NCBI GenBank assembly: GCA_963555755.3
Contig: OY820905.2
Location: 704,001 to 768,000, forward strand
From: Nitrospirales bacterium
GTDB lineage: Bacteria > Nitrospirota > Nitrospiria > Nitrospirales > UBA8639
Reading direction: 5' to 3'
Length of the DNA: 64,000 nucleotides
Position 1 is the first letter of the stretch; the number at the start of each line of letters is the position of its first letter. Of the stretch, positions 53,410-63,446 are shown piece after piece. A program made the position numbers and the translations under genes. Under the pieces are notes generated by a model that saw only the letters and a program-made list of their open reading frames with translations, did not search any database and was not told the DNA's origin.

Positions 53410-55030
53410 ATGCCGGCGGCCCTTGGGACAGCGATTCCGTCAACGCGAGGTGGCGCGTGTCTCAAGCCTACTAGCCCCTCTCCAGCCAGTGACACTCCCG
53501 CTCCCTATGAACGCCGGCAGCCCGAAGAGACCACGCTCTACCAGGTCATCCAAGACCACCTCGACACCTTCCTGGCCCAAGTCGAACAGGAAACCGGGAC
53601 AGGTTTGCCCCAGTTTGTCAAAGATGAGTTCGAGGCATTTCTGGAAGGCGGCATCTGAGGGCTCGCGAAACAATACCTTCCCAGAATTCGCGCCCAGATT
53701 TGGGGCAGATTGAGTCGATCTGAGGGAGCAAAACCGCAGGCGTAGCAACGCCCACGTTGAGGATTTTGCGAGTGAAGATCGGCTCAAGATGGCCTGAAGC
53801 TGGGATGCGAAAATGGGAAGGTATTGTTTCGCGAGCCCTGAGCGCATGGGTTTCTGCGCCTGCGGTGTGGGGATTGCGCCCATGAAAAACTGGTGGCCTT
53901 CTCTTGTAAACGGCGAGGGTTTTGCCCGGCGTGTGGCGCCCGCCGCATGGCCGAGACTGCAGCCCATCTGGTTGAGCAGGTTATTCCTCACGTGCCGGTG
54001 CGCCAATGGGTGGTCTCGTTTCCCATCCCGCTGCGGCATCTGTTCGCCACCCAGCCGCACCTGCTTTCCCCGGTGTTGCAAGTCATTCACCGCGCCCTCT
54101 CGACCTTCGTGATCCACCAAGCCGGCTTGACCCATGCCCAGGCGCAAACCGGCGCGGTGCCCCTCATCCAACGCTTTGGCTCCGCCGCGAATCTCAATAT
54201 TCATCTCCATTGCCTCATGCTCGATGGCGTCTATCGCCTCACCGACGGGGTCCCCATCTTCCAGGCCATCCCGGCCCCCACCACCGAGCAACTGCAGACC
54301 GTCCTCACGCGGATCATCACACGGCTGCTGAAGGCCTTAACGCGCCACGGTGCGCTCACGGAGGAAGACACCGAGATTCCGTATCTGACCGACCCCGATG
54401 CCGATCCCGCCTTGGCGCCGCTGCAGGCGGCCGCCTGCACCTACCGCATTGCCCTTGGCCCCCGAGCCGGCCAAAAAGTGCTGCCGTGGAAAGACCCGTC
54501 GTTGCGCCTCGCGAGCCCAGACATGCCGCAATCCCAGGGGTGTGTCAGTGCGCAAGGGTTCAGTCTGCATGCGGACACATGGTGTGGTCCCCATCAGCGA
54601 CAAAAACTCGAACAGCGCTGTCGCGACATCACCCGTCCGGCCCTGGGCCATAAACGCCTGCGCCGTACACCAGCCGGCGAGGTCGTCCTCCAACTCAAAA
54701 CCCCGTACCGCGATGGCACCACCCATCTCGTGATGACCCCGCTGGAATTCCTGCAACGCCTGGCCGCCCTCGTCCCACGTCCCCGACTCCATCTCATTCG
54801 CTTCCATGGCGTGCTGGCGCCCAACGCGGCGCTACGCTCCCAGATCGTGCCCGGCGAGGCCGACCCGGCAACGGACACCGCCCATGAGGATGGCGATTCC
54901 CTCGCTCCTTCAACACGAGCCCACCTGAGTTGGGCGCAATTACTCAAACGCGTCTTCGCCATCGACCTCACCACCTGCCCGCAGTGCGGCGTGGCATTGA
55001 CGCTCCTGGCGGCTATCGAAGATCCCGCGG
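53410..55030 (+). pseudogene. IS91/ISCR-type rolling-circle transposase, copy 1, interrupted by a MITE
   Basis: FSCKRRGFCPAC, QRFGSAANLNIHLH (HUH), PRPRLHLIRFHGV. An oriIS-like remnant lies at 56116-56141. Confidence 0.88.
53659..53838. mobile_element. Hairpin MITE family B in IS91 copy 1 (same insertion in copy 2 at 58701-58880)
   Basis: IR GGGCTCGCGAAACAATACCTTCCC; TGA duplication. Confidence 0.88.
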
Positions 55031-55162
55031 GGTATTGTCAAGTTAAGTGAATTTGACCAAAAATTAGGCAATACACGAATTCATAACTCATTGATTATTC
55101 AGCATTCAGGTTCCTGCCCCGAGGTAGAAAATCAACCCACTTTGACTTAAGTTGACAATACC
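55031..55162. mobile_element. MITE with IS6-like ends
   Basis: GGTATTGTCAAGTTAAGT / ACTTAAGTTGACAATACC (1 mismatch). Confidence 0.7.
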
Positions 55163-56106
55163 GGGAAAACGCACAAGCAGATTGCTGAAGCACTTGGCCG
55201 ACACCCCTCGACACTCAGTCGAGAAATCAAACGGAATACATATGCGCAGTGTCATGTGTATACCTATCACTGGGCCAGGCAGGTCGTGAAACATCGAAAA
55301 CAAGATGCGAATCGACACAAGTCTCGCAAGCTCACGGATGAACACGCGCAATTGATCACGCAGCTCGTGCGGCAATACGTAAGCCCGGAGCAAATCAGCG
55401 GGTATCTCAAACACCATCAGGCTCTGAGCCTCAGTCACGAAACGATTTATCGGTTCATCTACAGTGATGTCACCCGAAAAGCGGAATTGAAGCCGTTTCT
55501 TCGTCAAGGGGGTCGCCAGCGCCGCACGCGATATGGCTCGGGAGCCCGCGCCTCCTGTATTCCCAATCGCATCTCGATCACGGAGCGCCCCCAAGAAGTA
55601 GAAAAGAAAGACCGCCTCGGGGACTGAGAATGTGATACGGTGATGGGGAAAGATCGAAAAAGCGTGCTGGTGACGGTGGTGGACCGAGCCTCATTGTCTA
55701 CGGTCTGCTCTTGAGTCTTGAGCCGTTCGCCCACGTGGTGAGTCACGCCATCATCCGAATCCTTCGCCCCTTCAAAGCGCGCCTGAAGACCCTCACCTTT
55801 GATCATGGATCAGAGTGTGTGAAGCATGAACGGATTGCCCGTGCCCTGGATGCGACTACCTATTTTGCCCATCCCTATTCATCCTGGGAGCGAGACATCA
55901 ATGAACACACCAACGGACTCCTTCGACAGTGTTTCCCGAAGCAACCGGATTTCAGGAAGATATCCTGGCAACAGGTGAATGAGGCCGTCGACCACCTCAA
56001 TAATCGTCCAAGAAAAACCCGCGGGTATCGAACCCCCAACCCACTATTCAACAATCACTTCGTCCCGCTTGTTGCGAGATCATTGCACTTGCTACTTGAA
56101 TTCAAG
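55163..56106 (+). pseudogene. Degenerate IS30-family transposase
   Basis: SPEQIS, SHETIY, TLTFDHG.E, FAHPYSSWER..NE.TNGLLR, LNNRPRK. Contains stops and frameshifts; IS30-like end TTGCACTT..TTGAATTCAAG. Confidence 0.88.
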
Positions 56107-56248
56107 CCCTTTTGTAAAGGCCTTTTAAAATTTCTATTCCCTCTCCTGACTGGCGAGGCACAATGACGGGTCTTTCCACGTCAGCTCTTTTTGTCCCGTT
56201 CGGGGTCCGAGCGCAATGCGGTAGGTGCAGGCCGCCGCAGGTCTTCTA

Positions 56249-56285
56249 TTGACAAAATTGTTATTTGTGGTCACAATGACTACAG
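56249..56285 (+). promoter_or_regulatory. TA promoter with palindromic operator
   Basis: TTGACA-17 nt-CACAAT overlapping the imperfect palindrome TGTGGTCACAATGACTACA. Confidence 0.55.
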
Positions 56286-56296
56286 GAGGAATTGCC

Positions 56297-56584
56297 ATGG
56301 ATAAAGTCGTTGGAGCAAGGGAATTAAAAACACGGTTGGGCAGTTACATTCAACAAGTCCGAAACGGAACGACGTTTGTCGTCACCGAACGAGGACAACC
56401 AGTGGCCGAGTTGCGCCCATTGACATTGAAGGGCACAAAAGAAGAAATTCGTTTGCGCGAATTAGTCGCCACTGGGAGGATTTCGCATGCCTCTTCTGAC
56501 TCGTTTCGACCCTTTAAACCTATTCGGATGAAAGGGAAACCGTTATCCAAGACCATTATTGAAGATCGAAAGGATCGACTGTGA
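56297..56584 (+). CDS. Phd/YefM-family antitoxin
   Basis: VGARELKTRL..Y...V..G...VVTERGQPVA; AGGAGG RBS. Confidence 0.88.
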   Translation: MDKVVGARELKTRLGSYIQQVRNGTTFVVTERGQPVAELRPLTLKGTKEEIRLRELVATGRISHASSDSFRPFKPIRMKGKPLSKTIIEDRKDRL

Positions 56585-57006
56585 CACGGTATTTCGACGC
56601 CAGCGCTCTGGCCAAACGATATGTACACGAAGCAGGCAGCCAACAGATGACACGGCTCTTGGCCCAAAGCCATCCTGCCACCAGTCGCTTCACAGAGGTT
56701 GAGGTAGCGTCCGCGTTGGCCAGACGCGCACGAGAAGGCTCGTTGACCTTACGAGAACGTGATCGTGCGCTCGCCGCATTGCAACAGGATATGGCAACAT
56801 TTTATGTTGTCGAAATGATTTCTGAAGTAACCGATCAAGCTGTGGCGATACTCACACGACATCGATTACGCGCTCCGGATGCCATCCAACTGGCCTCTAC
56901 CCTTTACTTACAGAAACACTTGCCAGACCAACTTGAACTGGTTGCATTCGATCAGCAACTCCTCGATATTGCGGATCGTGAAGGGATAAGAGTTTGGGAG
57001 GCGTGA
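56581..57006 (+). CDS. vapC: VapC PIN-domain toxin
   Basis: YFDASALAKRY..E.GS, EV.SAL, LRAPDAIQLAS, FD..L. Confidence 0.88.
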   Translation: MTRYFDASALAKRYVHEAGSQQMTRLLAQSHPATSRFTEVEVASALARRAREGSLTLRERDRALAALQQDMATFYVVEMISEVTDQAVAILTRHRLRAPDAIQLASTLYLQKHLPDQLELVAFDQQLLDIADREGIRVWEA

Positions 57007-57050
57007 TTTTCCTTAGAAAAATTAGAAGTGCTACTAACTAATGCGAAACG

Positions 57051-57507
57051 CTGAGTATCCCCGATATCCGCATACGTTTCCCCAAAAAACCCCATCTCCG
57101 ATCCTTGAGCACAGGGAAGGTGCAGCCCGGCTCGAACCATAAGGCTGTACAGACCGAGAACTTTCAGATTGACGGTTTTCCCACCCGTATTCGGACCGGA
57201 AATCACCAAAATATTTTGATCTTTTTCAAAAAAGATGTCATTGGGAATCACGGTGCTGCGAGCAAGCATCAATAAAGGGTGCCGTGCCTTGGACAAACGA
57301 ATATGCCCATCCTCCGATAGTTGCACAGGATGCGCCTGCAGACGTTGGCTCAAACGCGCCTTCGCCCCAATGCTGTCCAAAATCGTGAGCACCTTCAGAT
57401 ACTGTTGAATCGTCGGAATATGCTCAACAATCATCGAACTCAGCACAGCAAGGATTCGATGAATTTCTCGAGCCACCGCCAACTCCCCGACCTTGATACG
57501 ATTATTG
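57051..57507 (-). pseudogene. Internal mutS2 fragment, a duplicate of 50437-50893
   Basis: 457-bp colinear copy with about 14 substitutions counted by eye. Confidence 0.93.
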
Positions 57508-57595
57508 TAAAGGGGTCATAAAGGGGTCATAAAGGGGTCAAATCTTTGGTTGAGTAAAGGGGTCAAATCTTTGGTTGAGAGTTTCAGATGGAACG
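57508..57595 (+). repeat. Ladder of truncated copies of the HUH element left end (11, 11, 25 and 41 bp)
   Basis: Each unit starts TAAAGGGGTCA and is an exact prefix of the sequence starting at 57596. Confidence 0.93.
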
Positions 57596-58616
57596 TAAAG
57601 GGGTCAAATCTTTGGTTGAGAGTTTCAGATGGAACGAGGTAGACTCTCGGGATGGCACGACCTCTCCGCATAGAGTATCCGGGCGCGGTCTATCATGTGA
57701 TGAACCGCGGTCTGGCGCGGCAAGCCGTGTTCCGCGATCCCACCGATTATGAGACCTTTCTCCAGGTGTTGAGTGACACCCATGCGCTGTGGGGTGTCGA
57801 GGTGTTCGCTTATTGTCTGATGGGGAATCATTATCATCTTTGCCTCCGCACGCCAACCGCCAATTTAGGCCGCGTGATGCGCCATATAAATGGCCTCTAT
57901 ACGCAACGGTTTAATCGCGCGCATCGGCGAGATGGCCCCTTGTTTCGAGGGCGGTATAAAGCGATTGTCGTGGAAGCGGACGCGTATTTGGCTGACGTGA
58001 TCCGCTATATTCATCTCAATCCCGTACAGGCCAAGCTGGTTCAGACCCCGGAAGCCTACCGGTGGAGTAGCCATGCGCGGTATCTCACTCCCCGATCTGC
58101 CCCTCCCTGGCTGGGCGTTCGTGAAGTGTTGGCCAGTATTGGTCCACCCCGCGTCTTTCATGAGTTTGTGCTGTCGGGCAATGAGGACGCCTTGGAGGCC
58201 TTTTATGCCGCAGGTCGTCAAGTGCCGGTATTAGGCACGGAAGGGTTTGGGGCCTGGGTGCGGAAAAAGGTTCGGCGGCTCTCGGCGGAACATCCACGGT
58301 ATGAGCGAGTGAAGGTGCGGCCGTCGGTCCGGCAGGTGCTGCAGCGAGTCGCGACGGTTTTTCAGGTCAAGAGGGCGGCGTTACAGACCAGTCGGCGGGG
58401 GGAAACCAACGACGCGCGCAAGGTGGCGATGTATCTGGTGAAACGGCTCTGTGATCTGACGTTGCCCGAGACGGCCCGGGAGTTTGGCGTGACCAGTTAT
58501 GGGGCCGTCGGGTGGGCCTGTGCGCAGGTGCGGGCAAAACAAGATGCGGAGCCACGGTTCAAGAAGCGAGTGGAAGAGGTCGAGGCATTATTTAGTCAAC
58601 CAAAGATTTGACCCCT
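57596..58616 (+). mobile_element. Y1/RAYT-like HUH element with 21-bp terminal inverted repeats
   Basis: AGGGGTCAAATCTTTGGTTGA / TCAACCAAAGATTTGACCCCT. Confidence 0.85.
57652..58611 (+). CDS. Y1 (RAYT-like) HUH transposase with a DnaA-C-like HTH tail
   Basis: MARPLRI, YHVMNRG, LMGNHYHL, LFRGRYK, YIHLNP, RWSS, ARKVAMYL. Confidence 0.9.
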   Translation: MARPLRIEYPGAVYHVMNRGLARQAVFRDPTDYETFLQVLSDTHALWGVEVFAYCLMGNHYHLCLRTPTANLGRVMRHINGLYTQRFNRAHRRDGPLFRGRYKAIVVEADAYLADVIRYIHLNPVQAKLVQTPEAYRWSSHARYLTPRSAPPWLGVREVLASIGPPRVFHEFVLSGNEDALEAFYAAGRQVPVLGTEGFGAWVRKKVRRLSAEHPRYERVKVRPSVRQVLQRVATVFQVKRAALQTSRRGETNDARKVAMYLVKRLCDLTLPETAREFGVTSYGAVGWACAQVRAKQDAEPRFKKRVEEVEALFSQPKI

Positions 58617-58619
58617 ATT

Positions 58620-60405
58620 CAAGTCGAACAGGAAACGGGGTCGGGGCTGCCTCAGTTTGTCAAAGACGAGTTCGAGGCATTTCTGGAAGGCGGGATCTGA
58701 GGGCTCGCGAAACAATACCTTCCCAGAATTCGCGCCCAGATTTGGGGCAGATTGAGTCGATCTGAGGGAGCAAAACCGCAGGCGTCGCAACGCCCACGTT
58801 GAGGATTGTGCGAGTGAAGATCGGCTCAAGATGGCCTGAAGCTAGGATGCGAAAAGGGGAAGGTATTGTTTCGCGAGCCCTGAGCGCACGGGTTTCTGCG
58901 CCTGCGATGTGGGGACTGCGCCCATGAGAAGCTGGTGGCCTTCTCCTGTAAACGCCGCGGGTTTTGCCCGGGGCCTGTGGCGCCAGACGCATGGCCGAGA
59001 CTGCCGCCCATCTGGGGGAGCAGGTGATCCCTCACGTGCCCGTGCGCCAATGGGTGGTCTCGTGTCCTATCCCCTTGCGGCATCTGTTCGCGACCCAGCC
59101 GCAGCGGCGTTCCCCGGTGTTGCAGGTCATCCACCGCGCCCTCTCGACCTTCGTGATCCACCAAGCCGGCTTGACCCATGCCCAGGCCCAGACCGGCGCG
59201 GTGACCCTCATCCAACGCTTTGGCTCCGCCGCGAATCTCAACATTCATCTGCATTGCCTGATGCTCGATGGCGTCTATCATCTCACGGACGGGGTCCCGA
59301 TCTTCCAGGCCATCCCGGCCCCCACCACTGACCAGCTGCAGGCGTTACTCACGCGGATCATCACGCGCCTCCTAAAGGCCTTAACAGGCCACGGCGCACT
59401 CATGGCAGAAGACACCGAGATCCCATATCTGACCAACCCCGATGCCGATCCCGCCTTGGCCCCGCTGCAGGCAGCCGCCTGCACCTACCGCATTGCCCTT
59501 GGCCCCCGAGCGGGACAAAAAGTGCTGACATGGAAAGATCCGGCCGTGCGCCTGGCCAGTCAAGAGGCACCACAGCCAAAGGGCTGTGTGAGTGCCCAGG
59601 GATTTAGCCTGCATGCGGATACCTGGTGTGGACCTCATCAACGGCAGAAACTCGAACAGCTCTGTCGCGACACCACCCGTCCGGCCCTGGGCCATAAACG
59701 CCTGCGCCGCACCCCGGCCGGCGAGGTCGTGTTGCAACTCAAAACGCCCTACCGCGATGGCACCACCCATCTCGTGATGACCCCGCTGGAATTCCTCCAA
59801 CGCTTGGCCGCGCTCGTCCCGCGTCCCCGGCTGCATCTCATTCGCTTCCATGGGGTGCTGGCCCCCAACGCGGCGCTGCGGTCCCAAATCGTCCCCGGTG
59901 AGCCCGACCAGGTGCCGAACACCACCGAGGGGAACGACGATTCCCTCTCTGCCTCCACACGGGCTCGTATGAGCTGGGCCCAATGACTCAAACGCGTCTT
60001 CGCCATCGACCTCACCACCTGTCCACAATGCGGCGGGCCATTGACCATCCTCGCGGCGCTCGAAGATCCCACCGTGATCATCAAGATTCTGGGCCACCTG
60101 GGCCTACCCCGCCGCGCCCCACCACGCGCCCCAGCCCGCCTCGACGCATTCATGCAAACAGCCTAATCCCTCCCCGGATTCCGGTTCGGTACCCGAACCG
60201 ACACTCCCCCTTTGCCCGTTTCCACCCTACACGCCACGAGCAAGCAACAGATTTGGCATAATCCCTGGCAAAAGGGCCAGGAAGCCCCGACTCACCGGAT
60301 GCACTCCCGCCTTTCAGACGGCGAAGTGTGCGGATGGACCCCTCACCGCGTTCTTTGGTACGTTGCGGTCTAGTCAAAAAGGCCTTTTGAATTTCCTATT
60401 CCCCG
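58620..60405 (+). mobile_element. IS91/ISCR-type element, copy 2: 5'-truncated, frameshifted, MITE-containing
   Basis: Homologous to 53578 onward, with an internal stop at 59984-59986. Ends in oriIS-like AAAGGCCTTTTGAATTTCCTATTCC. Confidence 0.88.
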
Positions 60406-60711
60406 TTACGGGTTTAATTTGATGATCTATTGAAGCTGGAATTTCAAGGGACGATGATAAGTAAGGAGAAGTCCGTTTAACAAAGTTCGAGGGTTGAAAT
60501 TTTCCTCCCAAAAGGGCTTGCCTATACAGAAAAATGGACATATGCTAATAGAGTCATATTCAAATAAAATTTTAGGTCGCAAAAGATGGAAAATCCCAAT
60601 TGAATCGGGTTGAACACGGCACATGGGGATTATTTGAGGCCAGGAGCGAAGCTGGTCGGAATGTTTACTCTCATCCGAAATAAAAAACTGTCGTTAATGG
60701 AGAACAAGAAT

Positions 60712-61211
60712 ATGTTGAATTCGAAAAAAATCGCCATCACGCTCCTGGCGCTTCTGGGATCTTTGCCGTTGCCGGGCCAGCCACGGCGACAGAGTTTGAT
60801 CTCAAGGTATACAACAAGACTCAGGAGAAGACTGACACGGACAAGGGGACGAAAATCATGCTGTCACTCTACGATTACAGTAAAAAGAATGGTCGCGGGG
60901 GCCTAATTAAAAGCAGGATCGTCGATCCGGGGAAAATGCAAAAATTCATTATAAGCACCTCAGACTGCGACAAGAGAAAGCACAAGGTATTCACGATCAA
61001 AAGAGCCGATTCTGACGGCAACGCCGGTCAACAGATCGCTAGTAGCATTATCATGATGAGGACCGGCAGCTGCAGGAGAGCCAATAAGACGTACGAAGAA
61101 TTCACGGACGTCCAAAATGACGCCTTCGGACTCCGGAAAGAAAATTTGAGCGGCGGCCAGTACCGCGTCAACGTCAGATGCTTGACTGCGGGTAGTTGCG
61201 AACAACAATGA
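60712..61211 (+). pseudogene. Secreted paralog unit 1 (1-bp deletion in the signal peptide)
   Basis: CTGGGATCTTT versus GTGGGGATCTTT in its sisters. The shifted frame joins ORF 60858-61211, which ends CLTAGSCEQQ. Confidence 0.85.
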
Positions 61212-61326
61212 TGGCATTCAGGAAGTTGAGCATGGTACATGGGGATTATTTGGGGCCAGGCCCAAGCCAGTAAGAAGCCTTACTCTTATCCGAAATAAAA
61301 AACTATGATTAATGGAGAACAAGAAT

Positions 61327-61860
61327 ATGTTGAATTCTAAAAAAATCGCCATCGCGTTGCTAGCCCTGGTGGGGATCTTTGTTGTTGCCGGGCCAGCTAC
61401 GGCGGATACGAATACGGTGTTTTCTCTCAAGGTGTTCAACAAGACTGAGAAGAAGGCTGACGCGGACAAGGGGACGAAAATCTTGCTATCACTCTACGAT
61501 TACAATAATAAAAAACGGGGCAGCCTTCAGGACCACAGGATCATCAACCCGGGGGAAATGACCAACATCGATTTTAAATTCTCCAGCTGCTACAAGACCA
61601 AGCACCGGGAGTTCGTGATCAATACAGTCGATAGCAACAACAAAGTCCTCCGTGAGATCGCTTACAGCAGGATCAGGATGCAGATCAAGGATGGTTGCTT
61701 TGCTAGCGAAGTAGAGTTCCAGGACTTCACAGATATCCCAGGTGACAACTTCAAGTTGACTAAGGACAGATCTAATGGTCTCAGGTTCAAAGTCTACGTC
61801 AAATGCGAGAGTGCAGGTAGTTGCGAACAACAAAAGGGGGACGGTTCTAACATAGAGTAG
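61327..61860 (+). CDS. Secreted paralog unit 2
   Basis: GGAG RBS, signal peptide MLNSKKIAIALLALVG..PATA, C-terminal CESAGSC. Confidence 0.88.
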   Translation: MLNSKKIAIALLALVGIFVVAGPATADTNTVFSLKVFNKTEKKADADKGTKILLSLYDYNNKKRGSLQDHRIINPGEMTNIDFKFSSCYKTKHREFVINTVDSNNKVLREIAYSRIRMQIKDGCFASEVEFQDFTDIPGDNFKLTKDRSNGLRFKVYVKCESAGSCEQQKGDGSNIE

Positions 61861-62053
61861 CCTCCTACGGGCCTGGGAAAATAGGGGAAGTAGCCTTTAC
61901 GGAGCAGGTAGCCTCGACAGGGTAGTCTTCTCCAGATTTCATCCAGGAAGTTAAGCATGGAACATGGGGATTGTTGGGTCCAGGCGCGAAGCGGGTGGCA
62001 ATGTTTACTCTAACCCAAAATAACAAACCATCAATAAACAGGAGAACAAAAAG

Positions 62054-62569
62054 ATGATAAATTCTAAAAAAATCGCCATCGCGTTGCTGGCCCTTGTAGG
62101 GATCTGTTTTGTTGCCGGGCCAGCCATGGCGAGTGAAACGTATTATCTCTATGTGTACAACAAAACTGATAATCGGATGAAACAATACAAAGGGACGAAA
62201 ATCAGCGTGTCAGTCTACCATGTCAAAAATAGTGTAAAGGGTTCCCTTAAGGCAACAAAGGAAATTCCAATAAAGGGAATTGCAACAGGAATAGGAACGT
62301 TCAAGTTTGGCTCCGGCGGTTGCACCGGAACCAAGCACCGGTTGTTTGAGATCAAAACAATCGACAAGGCCGGCATCGTCGGCCCTCTGATCGCTAGCAG
62401 CAGGCTCAGGATGAAGAACACGTCGTGCGTGACTGATCCCGAAATAGAGTTCCAGGGCTTCGTTGACGAATCAAATGACAACTTCAATATCACTAAAGAA
62501 AAAAGGTATAAAAACAAGTTCTACGTCTACGTCAACTGCAATGGTGCGGGTAATTGCGAAAGACAATGA
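62054..62569 (+). CDS. Secreted paralog unit 3
   Basis: Same signal peptide and motifs; CNGAGNC. Confidence 0.88.
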   Translation: MINSKKIAIALLALVGICFVAGPAMASETYYLYVYNKTDNRMKQYKGTKISVSVYHVKNSVKGSLKATKEIPIKGIATGIGTFKFGSGGCTGTKHRLFEIKTIDKAGIVGPLIASSRLRMKNTSCVTDPEIEFQGFVDESNDNFNITKEKRYKNKFYVYVNCNGAGNCERQ

Positions 62570-62740
62570 GGGTAAATTACGAACTCTACGGATCAGGAAA
62601 CGAGAGTAGGTGGCAGACAGCCTCGACAGGGCAGTTTTCTCTAGATTTCATTCAGTAAGTTGAGCATGGCACATGGGGCTGACAGGAATGTTCACTCTGC
62701 CCCGAAATAACAAACTAGCAATAAACGGGAGAACAAGAAG

Positions 62741-63247
62741 ATGATAAATTCGAAAAAAATCGCCATCGCGCTACTGGTGGCCCTGGTGGGGACCTTTGCT
62801 GTTGCCGCGCCAGCCATAGCTATGAAGTTTAAACTCTATGTGTACAACAATACTGGTGAGAAGGCGGACAAGGACGAAGGGACGAAAATCCAGGTGTCAA
62901 TCTACAAATACAGCAATGGCAAAATTGGCAGCCTTAAGGAAACCATGATAATTTCACCCAAGGTAAATGAAGCAACTGGAATAGGAAAGTTCATTTTTAA
63001 TACCGCGATCGGCAACACTCAGCACCGGAGGTACCTGATCAAAACAGTCGACAACGATGGCAAAATCGGCAAAGCGATCGGGAGTGGTAGGGTCATGATG
63101 AGGGTCAAAACCAGTTCTAGCAAATTAAAGCTCGAGGACATCGTGGACTTCAAGAATGACAATTTCACTACTACTACAAATATAAAGTTTAGAGACAGTA
63201 TCTATGTCTACGTCACGTGCAATAAAGCGGGCGTTTGCGAAGACTAA
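62741..63247 (+). CDS. Secreted paralog unit 4
   Basis: Same signal peptide and motifs; CNKAGVC. Confidence 0.88.
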   Translation: MINSKKIAIALLVALVGTFAVAAPAIAMKFKLYVYNNTGEKADKDEGTKIQVSIYKYSNGKIGSLKETMIISPKVNEATGIGKFIFNTAIGNTQHRRYLIKTVDNDGKIGKAIGSGRVMMRVKTSSSKLKLEDIVDFKNDNFTTTTNIKFRDSIYVYVTCNKAGVCED

Positions 63248-63446
63248 GGCAGTTGGTTCGGCCCCTGGAAATCCAGTTGAAATATTGACCGGGAAAAAAG
63301 GGCAACGCCCTTTACGGAGCAAATAGTCTCGACAGGGCAGTTTTCTCCAGATTTCATCCAGGAAGTTGAGCATGGCACATGGGGCTGACAGGAATGTTCA
63401 CTCTGCCCCGAAATAACAACCCATCAATAAACGGGAGAACAAGAAG

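Noticed and set aside
57508..57640. Possible CRISPR or mini-array
   Set aside because: No unique spacers; the units are nested prefixes of one sequence, and no cas genes are present.
62667..62682. Sigma54 promoter (TGGCAC) in the array leaders
   Set aside because: The -12 TTGC is missing at the required spacing, and TGGCAC itself varies between units.
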